A stretch of DNA of 64,000 bases from Octopus vulgaris (taxonomy: Eukaryota), in contig OX597815.1 in NCBI GenBank assembly GCA_951406725.2, forward strand, positions 1,798,001 to 1,862,000. The letters run 5' to 3'. The notes below the pieces were generated by a model that was not told the DNA's origin, searched no databases, and saw only the letters and a program-made list of their open reading frames with translations. Positions 12,008 through 23,971 of this stretch are shown here, in pieces; positions within the stretch are counted from its first letter, which is position 1, and every line of letters begins with the position of its first letter. The position numbers and the translations under genes are program-made.

Positions 12008-12164
12008 AGGTGTGGCCATGTGGCTAGCTTCCCAACCACATGGTTCCAGGTTCGGTCTCACAGTGTGGCACCTTGGCCAAGTGTCTTCTATTATAGCCGC
12101 AAACCGACCAAAGCCTTGTGAGTGGATTCGGAAGATGGAAACTGAAAGAAGCCTGTTATATGTA

Positions 12165-12196
<32 letters not shown>

Positions 12197-12345
12197 GTGG
12201 TTAAATCTCTGATTGTCCCCACCACTGCTTCACAAATGGTGTGGCAAAAGTGACTGATAAAAATATCAGGCTTTAAAAAAACCAGAATGGAAGGTCTGGG
12301 GTGGATTCGTTTGGTCAAAACCTTCCCAGCAATGGTTGCAGTCTA
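12008..12345 (+). mobile_element. SINE family A, diverged
   Basis: Head, (TG)n centre, degenerate tail. Confidence 0.7.
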
Positions 12346-12346
12346 A

Positions 12347-12778
12347 TCGTCGTTTGATATTTGCTTTCCATGCTTTCCATGCTGGCATGGGTTGGACAGT
12401 TTGACTGAAAACTGGTAAACTGAGGAGCTGCACCAGGTTCCAATCTGATCTGGCAAGGTTTCTACAGCTAGATGCCCTTCCTAATGCCGACCACTCCAAC
12501 AGTGTATGCCAAAGGTTTCGGTCACCTGTCACTGCCTCCGTGAGGCCCAACATTCAAACAGTGCATTTTACATGCCAGTCAAACGGCACTGGCATTGGCC
12601 ATGGCCACCATTTCACTTGGCTTGGCAGGTCTTCTCAAGCACAGCATATCGCCCAATGTGCTACATCAACAAACGTCTCGGTCACTCGTCATTGCCTCCG
12701 TGAGACCCAACATTCGAAGATCAGGTTTCAATACTTCAACCCATGTCTTCCTGGGTCTACCTCTGCCCCCTCCACCAT
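12347..12778 (-). mobile_element. 5'-truncated RTE LINE: ORF C-terminus plus 3' UTR
   Basis: Minus strand reads GRGRPRKTWVEVLKPDLRMLGLTEAMTSDRD, then after a disruption RYAVLEKTCQAK*, then runs into the ggcattaggaagggcatc...catgccagcatggaaag 3' UTR family. Confidence 0.8.
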
Positions 12779-12829
12779 TAGTGTGGAACTTCTAATGATT
12801 ATAAATAAATAAATATATATATATATATA

Positions 12830-12974
12830 ATTATGCGCTAATGCTTAAACAAATAGAAAAGTGCTAGATTAGCTAAGAGAGTAAAGACATTGTTTAATAA
12901 AAAAAGCACAAATCTTGTTAAATACAGCTACCCAGGGTACAACAAGATCTGTGCTTCTTTTTATTATAACATTC
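12830..12974. mobile_element. (TA)n-embedded segment with ~30-bp inverted repeat
   Basis: 12891-12919 pairs with 12941-12971. Confidence 0.55.
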
Positions 12975-12976
12975 TA

Positions 12977-13012
<36 letters not shown>

Positions 13013-13195
13013 TGTATGTATATAATGTATGTATGTATGTATGTATGTATGTATGTATGTGTGTATGTATGTGTGTATGTATGTATGTATGTGTGTATGT
13101 ATGTATGTATGTGTGTATGTATCTATGTATCTATGTATGTATGTATGTATGTATGTATGTATGTATGTATGTATGTATGTATGTATGTATGTATG
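12975..13195. repeat. (TATG)n microsatellite
   Basis: Directly visible; source of the MYVC/YIHT ORFs. Confidence 0.95.
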
Positions 13196-14047
13196 CAGCC
13201 CGTACACACTGTCAGAGTGGTTGGAATTAGGAAGGGCATCCAGCTATGGAAACCTTGCCGAAACCAACACCTAGAATCCAGCGCTGCTCTGGTCAGCTCC
13301 TGTCAAACTGTCCAACTCATGCCATCATGGAAGATGGTCAGATGATGATGATGATGATAATAATATAATAGGAATATAAAATACAGTGTCTTCTCTTTTT
13401 TTTAAGAATGGTCTCTTGGGAATAAAGGCTGTAAAACCATTTCTAATTAGTTAATTAGTATTTAGTTGTAATTAAAAAATTTCAATAGCCAAAAGATTAC
13501 ATCGGGGGTGAAAAGGAAACCCTTTACTGATTGGAATAAAATGTCAAAGATTGCCACCAAGTGAAAGTAATTATGAACAAGCCAATAAGGAAGACCTCTA
13601 CATGGAGGCTATTGCTGTTAGAAATAGCAGCCAAGATAAGATGAACAACAACAGCAACAAATTAGCAATATGCACGACAAAACCTTCGTTAAAAACCTCA
13701 AAGTGAAGTTGACCAAATTTCTGCGCCGATTCTAAAAGACACGTTAAGCATTGATTCCAATGCAGATATAGGGAAGTAGTTTGAGAGGAGGGGCAGTGAT
13801 TCGCACACGACTAAAACCATCCGTATTGCACATGTCATCTAGGTTGGCACTTGGAAGGCATAAGCAGCACTTCCTTAGCACCCTACTTGTCAAGAGGAGG
13901 AGAAGGAGGAGCAGGAGAGAGACTGAGTGCATTTTGACGAGTGGTGGGGGAGTGGCAGGGGTGGTTTATGATTTCTTTTTAAATGGTACAGAGTGTATAT
14001 TTATTTCTCCTTCAATGTAGGTGTGCGTGGGTGTAAATATAGTGTGC

Positions 14048-14124
<77 letters not shown>

Positions 14125-14492
14125 ATCTTCATCATCATCATCATTTAATGTTCGTTTTCCATGCTAGCATGGGTTGGACGGTTCGATTGGGGTCTGGGAA
14201 GCCAGGAGGCTGCACCAGGCTCCAATCTCATCTGGCAGTGTTTCTACAGTTGGATGCCCTTCCTAACGCCAACCACTCCGAGAGTGTAGTGGGTGTTTTT
14301 ATGTGCCAGGCGAGGTTGGCAATGGCCACGATTGGTTGGTGCTTTTTATGTGCCACCGGCACAAAGGCCAGTCGAGGTGGCGCTGGCAACGGCCATGTTC
14401 GGATGGATCTTTTTACGTGCCATCAGAACTGGTATCACAACTACAATTTCCATTGGTTTTTGATTGATTTTGATTTCGTTTGCCTCAACAGG
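14125..14492 (-). mobile_element. RTE LINE 3' UTR copy
   Basis: (CAT)n tail, family core, hairpin repeat units. Confidence 0.8.
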
Positions 14493-14754
14493 TCTTTGCT
14501 GTACGTGTGTATGTATGTGATCATTGTCATTGTTTGCTCGTCCTCTTTTCCATGCTTGCAGTTTTATTGGCCGGATGCTCTTCCTGTCACCAACCCTCAC
14601 TTATTCCCAAGCAAGGGAACGTTTCCTCACGGACAGACAGGTTTTCACAAAAGACTGGAAATCAATGACAACTGCTTCTTCAATGGTCATGGTCATTTTC
14701 AATTGTCATGTGATGCAAAGTTAAGGAAACAGTAGCATATTCCCCACCCCACAT

Positions 14755-14878
14755 ATCTATTTCTTTACTACCCACAAGGGGCTAAACACAGAGAGGACAA
14801 ACAAGGACAGACAAACGGATTAAGTCGATTATATCGACCCCAAAAGGATGAAAGGCAGAGTCGACCTCGGTGGAATCA
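14755..14878 (-). mobile_element. SINE family B, partial
   Basis: Tail and Nin segment with internal deletion. Confidence 0.7.
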
Positions 14879-14899
14879 ATTTAACCCTGCTTCTCCTGA

Positions 14900-15214
14900 A
14901 AGTGCTCACTGTGATCACCGTGACCGACCAGGCTATCAGATGTTGCTACACATCGCTGGTCACAATGCGCTTCGCATTGTTTTACCCTTCAAATGACATC
15001 ACCCCGCTGGCTAAGCTAAGCGAGCAGGCCAACAGAAGAAAGTGTGAGAGAAAGTTGTGGCGAAAGAGTACAGCAGGGATCGCCCCTGCTGGATCCTCGT
15101 GGAACTTTTAGGTGTTTTCGCTCAATAGACCCTCACAACGCCAGGTCTGGGAATTGAAACCATGATCCTACAACCGAAAGTCCGCTGCCCTAACCACTGG
15201 GCCATTGCGCCTCC
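14900..15214 (-). mobile_element. tRNA-derived SINE family D
   Basis: Minus-strand head ggaggcgcaatggcccagtggttagggcagcggac...gtttcaattccc; same head at 30707 and 22837. Confidence 0.8.
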
Positions 15215-16314
15215 ATATATATATATGTATAGGTGTGAGTCTGTCCCCCCACCATTGCTTAACAGCCGATGTTGGTGTGTTTACGTCCCTGTAACTTAGC
15301 AGTTCAGCAAAAGACTGTGATAGAATAAGTGCTAAACTTACAAAGAATAAGTCGTGGGGTCAATTTTATTCGACTAAAGGCAGTGCTCCAGCATGGGTGC
15401 AGTCAAATGACAGAAACAAATAAAAGGATGTTTTAATGAAGGCAGCCCTTAATGGAAACAACTTGCCATGCTGCGCCAGCCCCTCAACTGGTGCAACTGC
15501 GTTAACAGCCAAACGCAAGAGAACTGATAGGTTTCATCTCAAAACTGATATGGCAGACATCGTGAGAAAAAAAGAACCAGCATGGCTTCTCCTTATATTT
15601 CTCTCCAACACTGACAAATATATTGATTATTTTAGGGATCAATAATTTATGTAAGCAGATTAAAAGCTATGAAAGCTGCTGCTCTTCGGTCCATTTTATC
15701 GCAACAGATTTTCATGCTGTTACAAAGTGAGAAATCTCACAAGTTTATCATAAACGTACTTGTTGACTTCAGCAAAACGTTTTCTAACTGGCCAAAGTAA
15801 CCAGCCTCTACACGTGTTCCAACACAAGTGAATAAGGCAGCGTCAACATAATTGCTTGATCTGGTTAAAATAGCAGCCAAATAGTCTCCAAATCATGTCT
15901 GTTTGTCTTAGCTCTTTGCCTCTCCAAAGCATTTTTCATTAGTTTGTCCGAAACATCCACGTTTGTTTCCAGGGTTTTAGTTGGTCCTTGTTTCAGGTGT
16001 TCGTAGTAATATAAGGCTTTTCTTTTGTAAGTTTAAGTTATTCTAAGGATGGGAAGAAAAAAAAGGGAATGTGTATCACTTACATGATGCAAAGACACCA
16101 GGAAAATAAGGAGAGGATACTAAATTAGATCCTGTAAAAACTGGGAGGGTTTCAGCTACAATATCCTTCGTCAGAGAGTTCGTTTGAGGCTAAACACGGC
16201 AGCAACAGAGTCACTCTTTTCTAAATCTTACTTTATGGAATCTTTAAATACAAAATATATTTTAGAAAATTACTATTTTTAAATCTCACAATGAGAGATA
16301 TTCTGCAACAGTAC

Positions 16315-16700
16315 TTTGGAGTAAAGATTGTTTGCCAACATAACATGGCAGTCCTGGTTTAGGACGAATGTTGCTGTGATTTAGCTCCAGGAGAAAGCGT
16401 CTCCACCTGGCCATACAACATGATCTGTGTCCTTGTATTTTCGAACAAGGGAATCTAGCACCCCCCACTCAGCTCAAAACAATATCTGTGTATTGTGATT
16501 TCTGGGTTATTTCTCTTCATCAGCACGGAATAATTGTTTTGAGCTGAGTGGGGGTACTAGGTTTCCTTGTTCAAGAATATAAGGACACAGATCATGTTGT
16601 ATAGCCAGGTGGAGACGATGTGTCCTGGGGCTAAATTACAGCAACATTCATCCTAAATCAGGACTGCCATGTTATGTTGGCAAACAATCTTTACTCCAAA
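16315..16700. mobile_element. Foldback element: ~168-bp inverted arms with 49-nt loop, abutting (TA)n
   Basis: 16315-16483 is reverse complementary to 16533-16700 with scattered mismatches. Confidence 0.9.
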
Positions 16701-17354
16701 ATATATATATATATAAAATGTGGCCTAACAATGAGCACAAAATGATAAGAGGATGAAGACAATGTCTAGGTTTGTTTCAGATGCTGAAAAGTGGGTTAAT
16801 GACTTTTAACTTCCCATGTAAAGTATACCAGTAATATTTGGTGTGTGAGGAAGTGTAAAAGAGAGCTGCTCTGTGCAGTCAACCGTGTCATGCCAGTCAT
16901 GCCACTCAACACTTGCTCTTGTAACATTTGATTCTTTACCAAACAATCAGCTGAGATTCGGGTGTGGTTGTGGGGCTTCCCAGCCATGTGGTCTTCAGTT
17001 CAGTGCCACTGAGTGGCACCTTGGGTAAGGGTCGTCTACTATAGCCCCAGACCAACCAATACTTTGTGAGTGAATTTTGATAAATGGAAACTGGGTGGAC
17101 ATCCATCACGTATGTGTGTGTGTGTGTGTGTGTGTGTGTACTCTTGTCCAGACATTATATGGTTGTAAATGAACATCATCATACAATTAAGGAATGTGCT
17201 GATTCTTCCCCTCATCATAAATTGTACAGGAAAGCCAAAAAGTTATGTAAACCTCTTCCTCGCCATAAATACAAATGTATATATGTATGTGCATGTGTGT
17301 GTATGCATTTATATATGTGTGTGTGTGTATGCATGTATATGTGTGTGTATACAT

Positions 17355-17681
17355 AAAGCTGGACTCAAGAGTCATCTTCGTAGTCATAAAACGAGACAGA
17401 TGAGTGACAACCTGGTGGTGGTGTAACACACCATACTAATCATATCTGTCGGGCATGTGGAAGAGAGTGTAATTCGGCAGGAGGACTTAAACGACATGCA
17501 AAGGTACATGAAGCCCAGTTACAACTACAGCCAGCTATTACCGGTAAAGGTTTTAGTTGCCAATTCTGTACCAGACATTGTAGATCTTTAGCTGGGCTAA
17601 AAATTCACATTCGATCACAGCACCAGTAACAGTTAAGCTTCGTGCAATGGCCATACTCGATAACGAGGGGGCAGCCATCAT
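17355..17681 (+). mobile_element. RTE (BovB-like) LINE 3' end with C2H2-type zinc fingers, frameshifted
   Basis: KAGLKSHLRSH / HICRACGRECNSAGGLKRHAKVH / FSCQFCTRHCRSLAGLKIHIRSQH*; short 3' UTR ccatactcgataacgagggggcagccatca, then tandem-repeat tail. Confidence 0.7.
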
Positions 17682-17895
17682 ATGTATGTGTGTCTGTCTG
17701 TATGTAACAAAACAGGAAGTTATTCATTCACCATTACACATGTTTCATTTGCTACTAGGAATTACATTACAAAGTTTTACACATTAGATAGACATGGAAG
17801 GAAGTTTCTATTAGAAATTCTTCAGACAGAGAATCAAATAACATTATTATTTGATTCTCTGTAATGGTAAATAAATAATACCAAAACATTTTCCA

Positions 17896-18280
17896 TAGGA
17901 GTGGCTGTGTGGTAAGTAGCTTGCTTGCCAACCACATGGTTCCGGGTTCAGTCCCACTGCATGGCACCTTGGGTAAGTGTCTTCTACTATAGCCTCGGAA
18001 CGACCAAAGCCTTGTGAGTGGATTTGGTAGATGGAAACTGAAAGAAGCCCGTTGCATATATGTATATATATATATGTTTGTGTGTCTGTGTTTGTCCCCA
18101 CCAACATCGTTTGACAACTGATGCTGGCGTGTTTATGTCCCCGTCACTTAGCGGTTTGGCAAGAGAGACCGATAGAATAAGTACGAGGCTTACAAAGAAT
18201 AAGTCATGAGGTCGATTTGCTTGACTAAAGGCGGTGCTCCAGCATGGCCGCAGTTGAATGACTGAAACAAGTAAAAGAAC
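17896..18280 (+). mobile_element. SINE family A, full length
   Basis: Matches 9178-9582. Confidence 0.9.
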
Positions 18281-18440
18281 AGAAGAAAAGAATGTATAAA
18301 ATCTGGTCAATAACTTTATAGTTTGCTTTGAAAAGTTTCGGTCCAAGCATTGGCTACTAGAGCTTATTACACTTTAGGAAATCCGTTACTGGCCATCCCT
18401 GTGGAAATCTGCAAATATTCTCACAGGGCATTAAAAAAGG

Positions 18441-18986
18441 AAAATGTTAGTCTGAGGAGAAGCTGGACTGAACAGGCTTTATTACAAATCACTACAATCG
18501 TTTCAATACATCGTTAACAACTGCTAATTGCTGAATGCTATATATATCATCATCATCGTTTAACGTCCGTTCTCCATGCTAGCATGGGTTGGACGGTTCA
18601 ACCGGGGATCTGGGAAGCCAGAAGGCTGCACCAGGCTCCAGTCTTATCTGGCAATGTTTCTACAGCTGGATGCCCTTCCTAATGCCAACCACTCCGTATA
18701 TAATATGCAATATAGTATTAATAAGATTCAACAATAGCTACATTCATGCACATCCTCAGGTGACCAGAGTCAAAACACTGCTTATTTGTCATCAATTTCT
18801 CCACATTTTATACTCATACCAAATACTATTTTTAGTATTCCTCTGACAAAGTGGATCAAGGAAATACAATTGTGTTTAATTTATGTAACATTCAGCAATT
18901 AACAGGAGATAATGAGGCATTAGAACAACCGTAGTAGTTTGTAACAAAGCCTGTTCATTCCATCTTCTCATATTAAACATTTTTTT
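18441..18986. mobile_element. Old foldback element with ~100-bp diverged inverted arms, interrupted by an RTE tail (18547-18696)
   Basis: gagaagctggactgaacaggctttattacaaa...taattgctgaatg (left) versus cattcagcaatta...tttgtaacaaagcctgttcattccatcttctc (right). Confidence 0.7.
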
Positions 18987-18994
18987 CTAAATTG

Positions 18995-19257
18995 ATTGGC
19001 CTCCGTGCCGGTGGCACGTAAAAACACCATCCGTTCGTGGCCGTTTGCCAGCTCTGTCTGGCACCTGTGCAGGTGGCACATAAAAAGCACCCACTACACT
19101 CACGGAGTGGTTGGCGTTAGGAAGGGCATCCAGCCGTAGAAACACTGCCAAATCTGACTGGGCCTGATGAAGCCTTCCGGCTTCACAGACCCCAGTTAAA
19201 CCGTCCAACCCATGCTAGCATGGAAAACGGACGCTAAATGATGATGATGATGATGAT
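18995..19257 (+). mobile_element. RTE LINE 3' UTR copy
   Basis: Family core and (GAT)n tail. Confidence 0.85.
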
Positions 19258-19264
19258 GTATATA

Positions 19265-19540
19265 TGCTGAGATCCCCTTCAGTCATGACTGACCATGGGA
19301 TTGTACCTAGAAAGTTACCCTCCCAGGCACAAGTCCGGGCAAGGTTGTTTATGGAAGACCAGCAGTCGCCCATGCATACCAGCCTCCCCTCTCCACGCCA
19401 CCAGTGTTATCCAAGGGAAAGGCAAAGGGGCCGATACAGCTTGGCATCAGTGATGTCGCAACTCATTTCTACAGCTGAGGGAACTGGAGCAATGTGAAAT
19501 AAAGTGCCTTGCTCAAGAACACAACACGCAGCCCGGTTCC
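19265..19540 (-). mobile_element. SINE family E (shares ttgagcaaggcactttatttcac...gctccag central segment)
   Basis: Central segment shared with 20238-20290, 42840-42890 and 59400-59440; distinct tail. Confidence 0.6.
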
Positions 19541-19660
19541 AGTGCATATGCATCCAGGTTAGACATTCCTATGCAGCCTTGTTCAAGGGTTTACTTATAC
19601 AAGTAGGGGAAGCCAGATCTGGATTGTATCAGAGGGTTCCAAATCTTTATTCTTCTATGT

Positions 19661-19692
<32 letters not shown>

Positions 19693-20424
19693 AAGGCGCA
19701 TGGCTCAGTGGTTAGTGTCGAGCTCACAACTGTGAGCAAAGAAATGAGTTAATCGACCTATTTAAAGTTGTGAAGACCCTGATTGTGAAATGTTCCTTTT
19801 AAAACTAGACAGGAACATTTTGATAAGGGGGCCAACTTCCCTTCCTTCTTTATTTGATCCAAAAAACTATTTTAGTTTTCACTGTGAAGCTGTTCATTCC
19901 TTGCATAACAGTGAAAACTATTTCATTACAACAACAAACTGTAGACGTGAAGAAGAGGGAAAGAGAAGAGAGAGAGAGAGAGAGAGCGAGGGCAGGGGTA
20001 GAGATTTTGGAAGGAAGAGAACTGATGCAAACATAATTTGGAGCTATTAGTTTTGGTGGCCTAGAATAACAGATGGAGATTGTCACCAATAAAACAGCTG
20101 GTTCCTCAGATTTAGAGAATCAAGCAATGGCAGCAGCTTCTTTTCAGAAAATGGGATAATCTTTGAGGAATCGGTCTGTTGGTTGGCTCTCTCTGTATGT
20201 GTGCGTGTACACACACACATGCAGACTGTGCTGTGACCTTGAGCAAGACACTTTATTTCAAGTTGCTCCAGTCCATTCAACAGGCAAAAATGAGTCGTAC
20301 CTGAGGTGATTTCAGGTAATAAAGCATATTTAAAAAGTTAGGTAGCATCAGGTCATATTATGTAATACATTTTTTGCACATAATTACCATGCTATTGAAA
20401 TATGTAGCATAAATTGAATTAATT

Positions 20425-20810
20425 ACATCATCATCATCAACATTTAATGTCCATTTTCCATGCTGGCATGGGTTGAACAATTGACAAGAGCTGGCCAGCA
20501 GGAGAGGTGCCTGGATTCCATCTCTGTTTTGGCTTGGTTTCAATGGCTGGATGCCCTTCCTAACACCAACCACTCAACAGAGGGTACTGGGTGCTTTTTA
20601 TGCGACACCAGCACCACTTGTTTTTATGTGGCACTAACACCCACACCAATGCTTTTTATGGGGCACTTTAGTTTTAGGATCTCAATTCTGTTGTGGTGGG
20701 CAGATCTTCTTGAGTACAGCAATGCACAACCTGGCTCAGTCCTCTGTCATCTCCTTCATAAGGTTCAGCATTTTGGGATCGGCCTTCAATACTTTGTCCT
20801 ATATCTTCCT
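20425..20810 (-). mobile_element. RTE LINE ORF end plus 3' UTR (older subfamily)
   Basis: Minus strand RKI*DKVLKADPKMLNLMKEMTED*ARLCIAVLKKI, then 3' UTR family and (GAT)n. Confidence 0.65.
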
Positions 20811-20844
20811 CATAAATATAAATGCATGCCAATGGAAACAAAAT

Positions 20845-21215
20845 CTTGATCTGGCAGAGTTTCTACAGCTGGATGCCCTTCCTAACACCAACCACTCCGA
20901 GAGTGTAGTGGGTGCTTTTACATGCCACCGGCACAGGGGTCAGTCCGGCGGTACTGGCAACGGCCACGCTCAAATGGTGTTTTTCACGTGCAGCCTGCAC
21001 AGGAGCCAGTCCAGCGGCACTGGCAACAACCTCGCTTGAATATTTTTTCATGTGCTCGAATGGTGTCTTTTATGTGCCACTGGCACGGAAGCCAGTTAGC
21101 CGCTCTGGCAATGATCATGCTCGGATGGTGCTCTTGGCACCCTACTAGCATGGGCACAAGTGCCAGTAAGGTGACGCTGGTAACAATCACACTCAGATGG
21201 TGCCTTTTATGTGCC
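20845..21215 (-). mobile_element. RTE 3' UTR copy with several hairpin units
   Basis: Repeated gtgccaccggcac-type units. Confidence 0.75.
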
Positions 21216-22451
21216 AAAGCAACTAAAGGGGTTCAAGTGGGATCTGTACTCCAACTTCACGAAACCCTCACCAGCAACAACTTCTTGTACAGACCCCTAA
21301 AATTCCCTCCTCCAGAGAAGTATCTCAACTGTCTGTAAGGCATATTTTATGAAGTGATTGGGGGTAAAGCCACCAGGACCTACATCTGCCAATGGAGAAA
21401 ACCCTGGAGGACAAGACAGGAGGGAGGGTTGTCACTTGGGTGGTGCAAAGGTGTCATCTGCCAGGAGAAAGAAATCTCGCTTCAACTTGATAAAATACAC
21501 AAACACAAAAAAAATATAGAAACAGCTTTCTGTGATTGAACTTATGCTGTGTTGTTTAACCCAATATCAGCAGCCTTATGATAAAGGGCATTCCAGCCAT
21601 GACCATCCCAGCTATTTTCCCGCAGATGGTCTATCCAAGACTACATTATCCTATGTATGCTGCCTTGTTTGTCGTAAGAGTGCAATCTGAGGGAGATTTG
21701 GCTGCTATTTCTAGCAAATTGAGCAAACACTCCCTTGTCGGTTTCTCTCTCCAAGATGTGTTAAGTTGTTCATGATGTGAGGGAAAGTGAAACTTTGAAA
21801 GAATGGACGTAATTAGCACTTTTAGTAAAATGGTGAAATTTAAACGAGCTTCTATTACACCGTGAACACATTGATACCAAACACCCCACCCCTGCCCACC
21901 ACTTCATTTTCTGACGTATTCCTATAAACATCCAAATTAATAATTCTTCCCTAACAGATTAGAATCAGATTTTTCTTGTGATATTTTCCTGCTAACGAAG
22001 GAAATTGCTTCCTCCTTACACACACACACACACACACACACACGACTGGTCTATATATTTCTATATTTCCTGTCTCTCTCTGTTTATCATCGGCTATTGA
22101 GTGCTCAATCACCTCTGACATCATCATTTACGTCATGACAGAGTAGGGGTGGATAGTTGGATGGGTGGGTGACATTTTGGTCAGAAATGGCTGATCTAAG
22201 AATTCTTGGTTATTTTCGCTCTGAAAACTAATTTTTGATTCATTAATGCCAGACACTAATTACACACACACACACACACGTATATATATCACTACACACA
22301 CACATACACAATTACATACATTATGTATATTAATAATTGGCAGAAGTTCCAGAGTGACTCCAGAGTGACTCCAGGGCTGAGAGTTTCTGTGTTGGCCTCT
22401 TATCAAACTAATTTCAAACCAAGTGGTTACACACACACACACACACACCTC

Positions 22452-22837
22452 TTCGGCACTCCATCAGTTACGACAACAAGGGTCCCAGTTGATCCGAATC
22501 AACGGAACAGCCTGCTCGTGAAATTAACGTGCAAGTGGCTGAGGACTCCACAGACATGTGTACCCTTAATGTAGTTCTCGGGGGAGATTCAGCGTGACAC
22601 AGAGTGTGTGTGACAAGGTTGGCCCTTTGAAATACAGGTACAACAGAAACAGGAAGTAAGAGAGAAAGCTGTGGTGAAAGAGTATAGCAGGGTTCACCGA
22701 CCCCCCTCCGTGCCAGAGCCTCATGGAACTTTTGGTGTTTTCGGTCAATAAAACTCACAATGCCTGGTCTGGGAATTGAAACTGCGATCCTATGACCGCG
22801 AGTCTGCTGCCCTAACCACTGAACCATTGTGCCTCCA
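22452..22837 (-). mobile_element. SINE family D with alternative tail
   Basis: Head like 14900-15214; tail shared with 59200-59380 and 42925-43020. Confidence 0.8.
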
Positions 22838-22849
22838 CATACATACATA

Positions 22850-22919
<70 letters not shown>

Positions 22920-23079
22920 CACATACATACACACACACATATATATATACACTGGTGATAACAAAACCCATAGTACCTTGTGCTGATTATTAAATAAAAG
23001 CAGACGCGTGGCTGTGTGGTAAGACCTTTGCTTCTCAACCAAATACACACACACACACAGACACACACACACACCATGT

Positions 23080-23418
23080 AGGTGGCATGTAAAAAGCACA
23101 TTTTGAGTATTGGGCCTCACAGAGGTAATGACCGAGACCTTTGGCATTATGTCGGGCTTGAGAAGAAGAAGACCCATCCAGCTGAGCAAAATCACAGTCG
23201 TGACAGATACTGATGTCACACAAATGGCACCTGTGCCAGTGGAAAGTAAAAGCACTGCTTACACTCTTGGAGTAAATTGGTGTTAGGAAGGGCATCCAGC
23301 TGTAGAAACCATGCCAAATCAGACTGGGGTCTGGTGTAGCCTTCCAGCCTTGCCAGCCCTGGTCAAGCTGTCCAACTCGTGCCAGCATAGACAATGGATG
23401 CTAAATGATGATGATGAC
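23080..23418 (+). mobile_element. RTE ORF end/3' UTR copy
   Basis: ttgggcctcacagaggtaatgaccgagacctttgg (LGLTEVM..RDLW) then family 3' UTR. Confidence 0.75.
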
Positions 23419-23971
23419 ATTTAGCTACAATTTCTAGCGAGTCCAGGGTAGCGAGGACTCCTCCTGCCCACTGGCACCTCAATGGCAGAGATTCTACAAG
23501 ATGCTGGTGAAAGGCTTACACCATTCCAGTGATTTATCTAAAAGACAAAGATCAGCATCAGTTTAATGTCCCCTTTTCTATGCTTGCATAGGGGTCAAGC
23601 ATGGTCAGTCGAGGCAGATTTTCCCCTGCTCAATGCCCTTTCTGCCACCAACCTCCACCTGTTTCCGAACCAGATAATATCTCTTAATGGTCAGACATGT
23701 TTTTCAAGGAAGGCTGGAAATGAATGACACCACTTGTATGATGGTGATGCTTGTTTACAGCTCTCACATCAGGTCAAGACATAAGTGCACATGCACGTAC
23801 CCACATAGAATGAGCTTCTATACACTTTATGTCTACCAAGTCTCACAAAGCATTGGTTGGCCCGGTGCTATAGTTCAAAGACACTAGCTCAAGGCACCAT
23901 ACAGTGAGATTGAACCGGAGACCACAGAGTTAGGGAACATGCTTTTTAACTACATAGCCATACCGGCACCT

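Noticed and set aside
14082-14735. Longest ORF (217 aa) and the recurring LQLDALPNANHSESVVG peptides
   Set aside because: Antisense reading of the RTE 3' UTR repeat; recurrence reflects repeat copies, not a gene family
15436-15645. 69-aa ATG ORF in unique sequence
   Set aside because: No recognisable domain or splice context; length expected by chance
16141-16180. Minus-strand CTGACGA...GAAAC hammerhead-like motif
   Set aside because: Stems I and III do not pair convincingly
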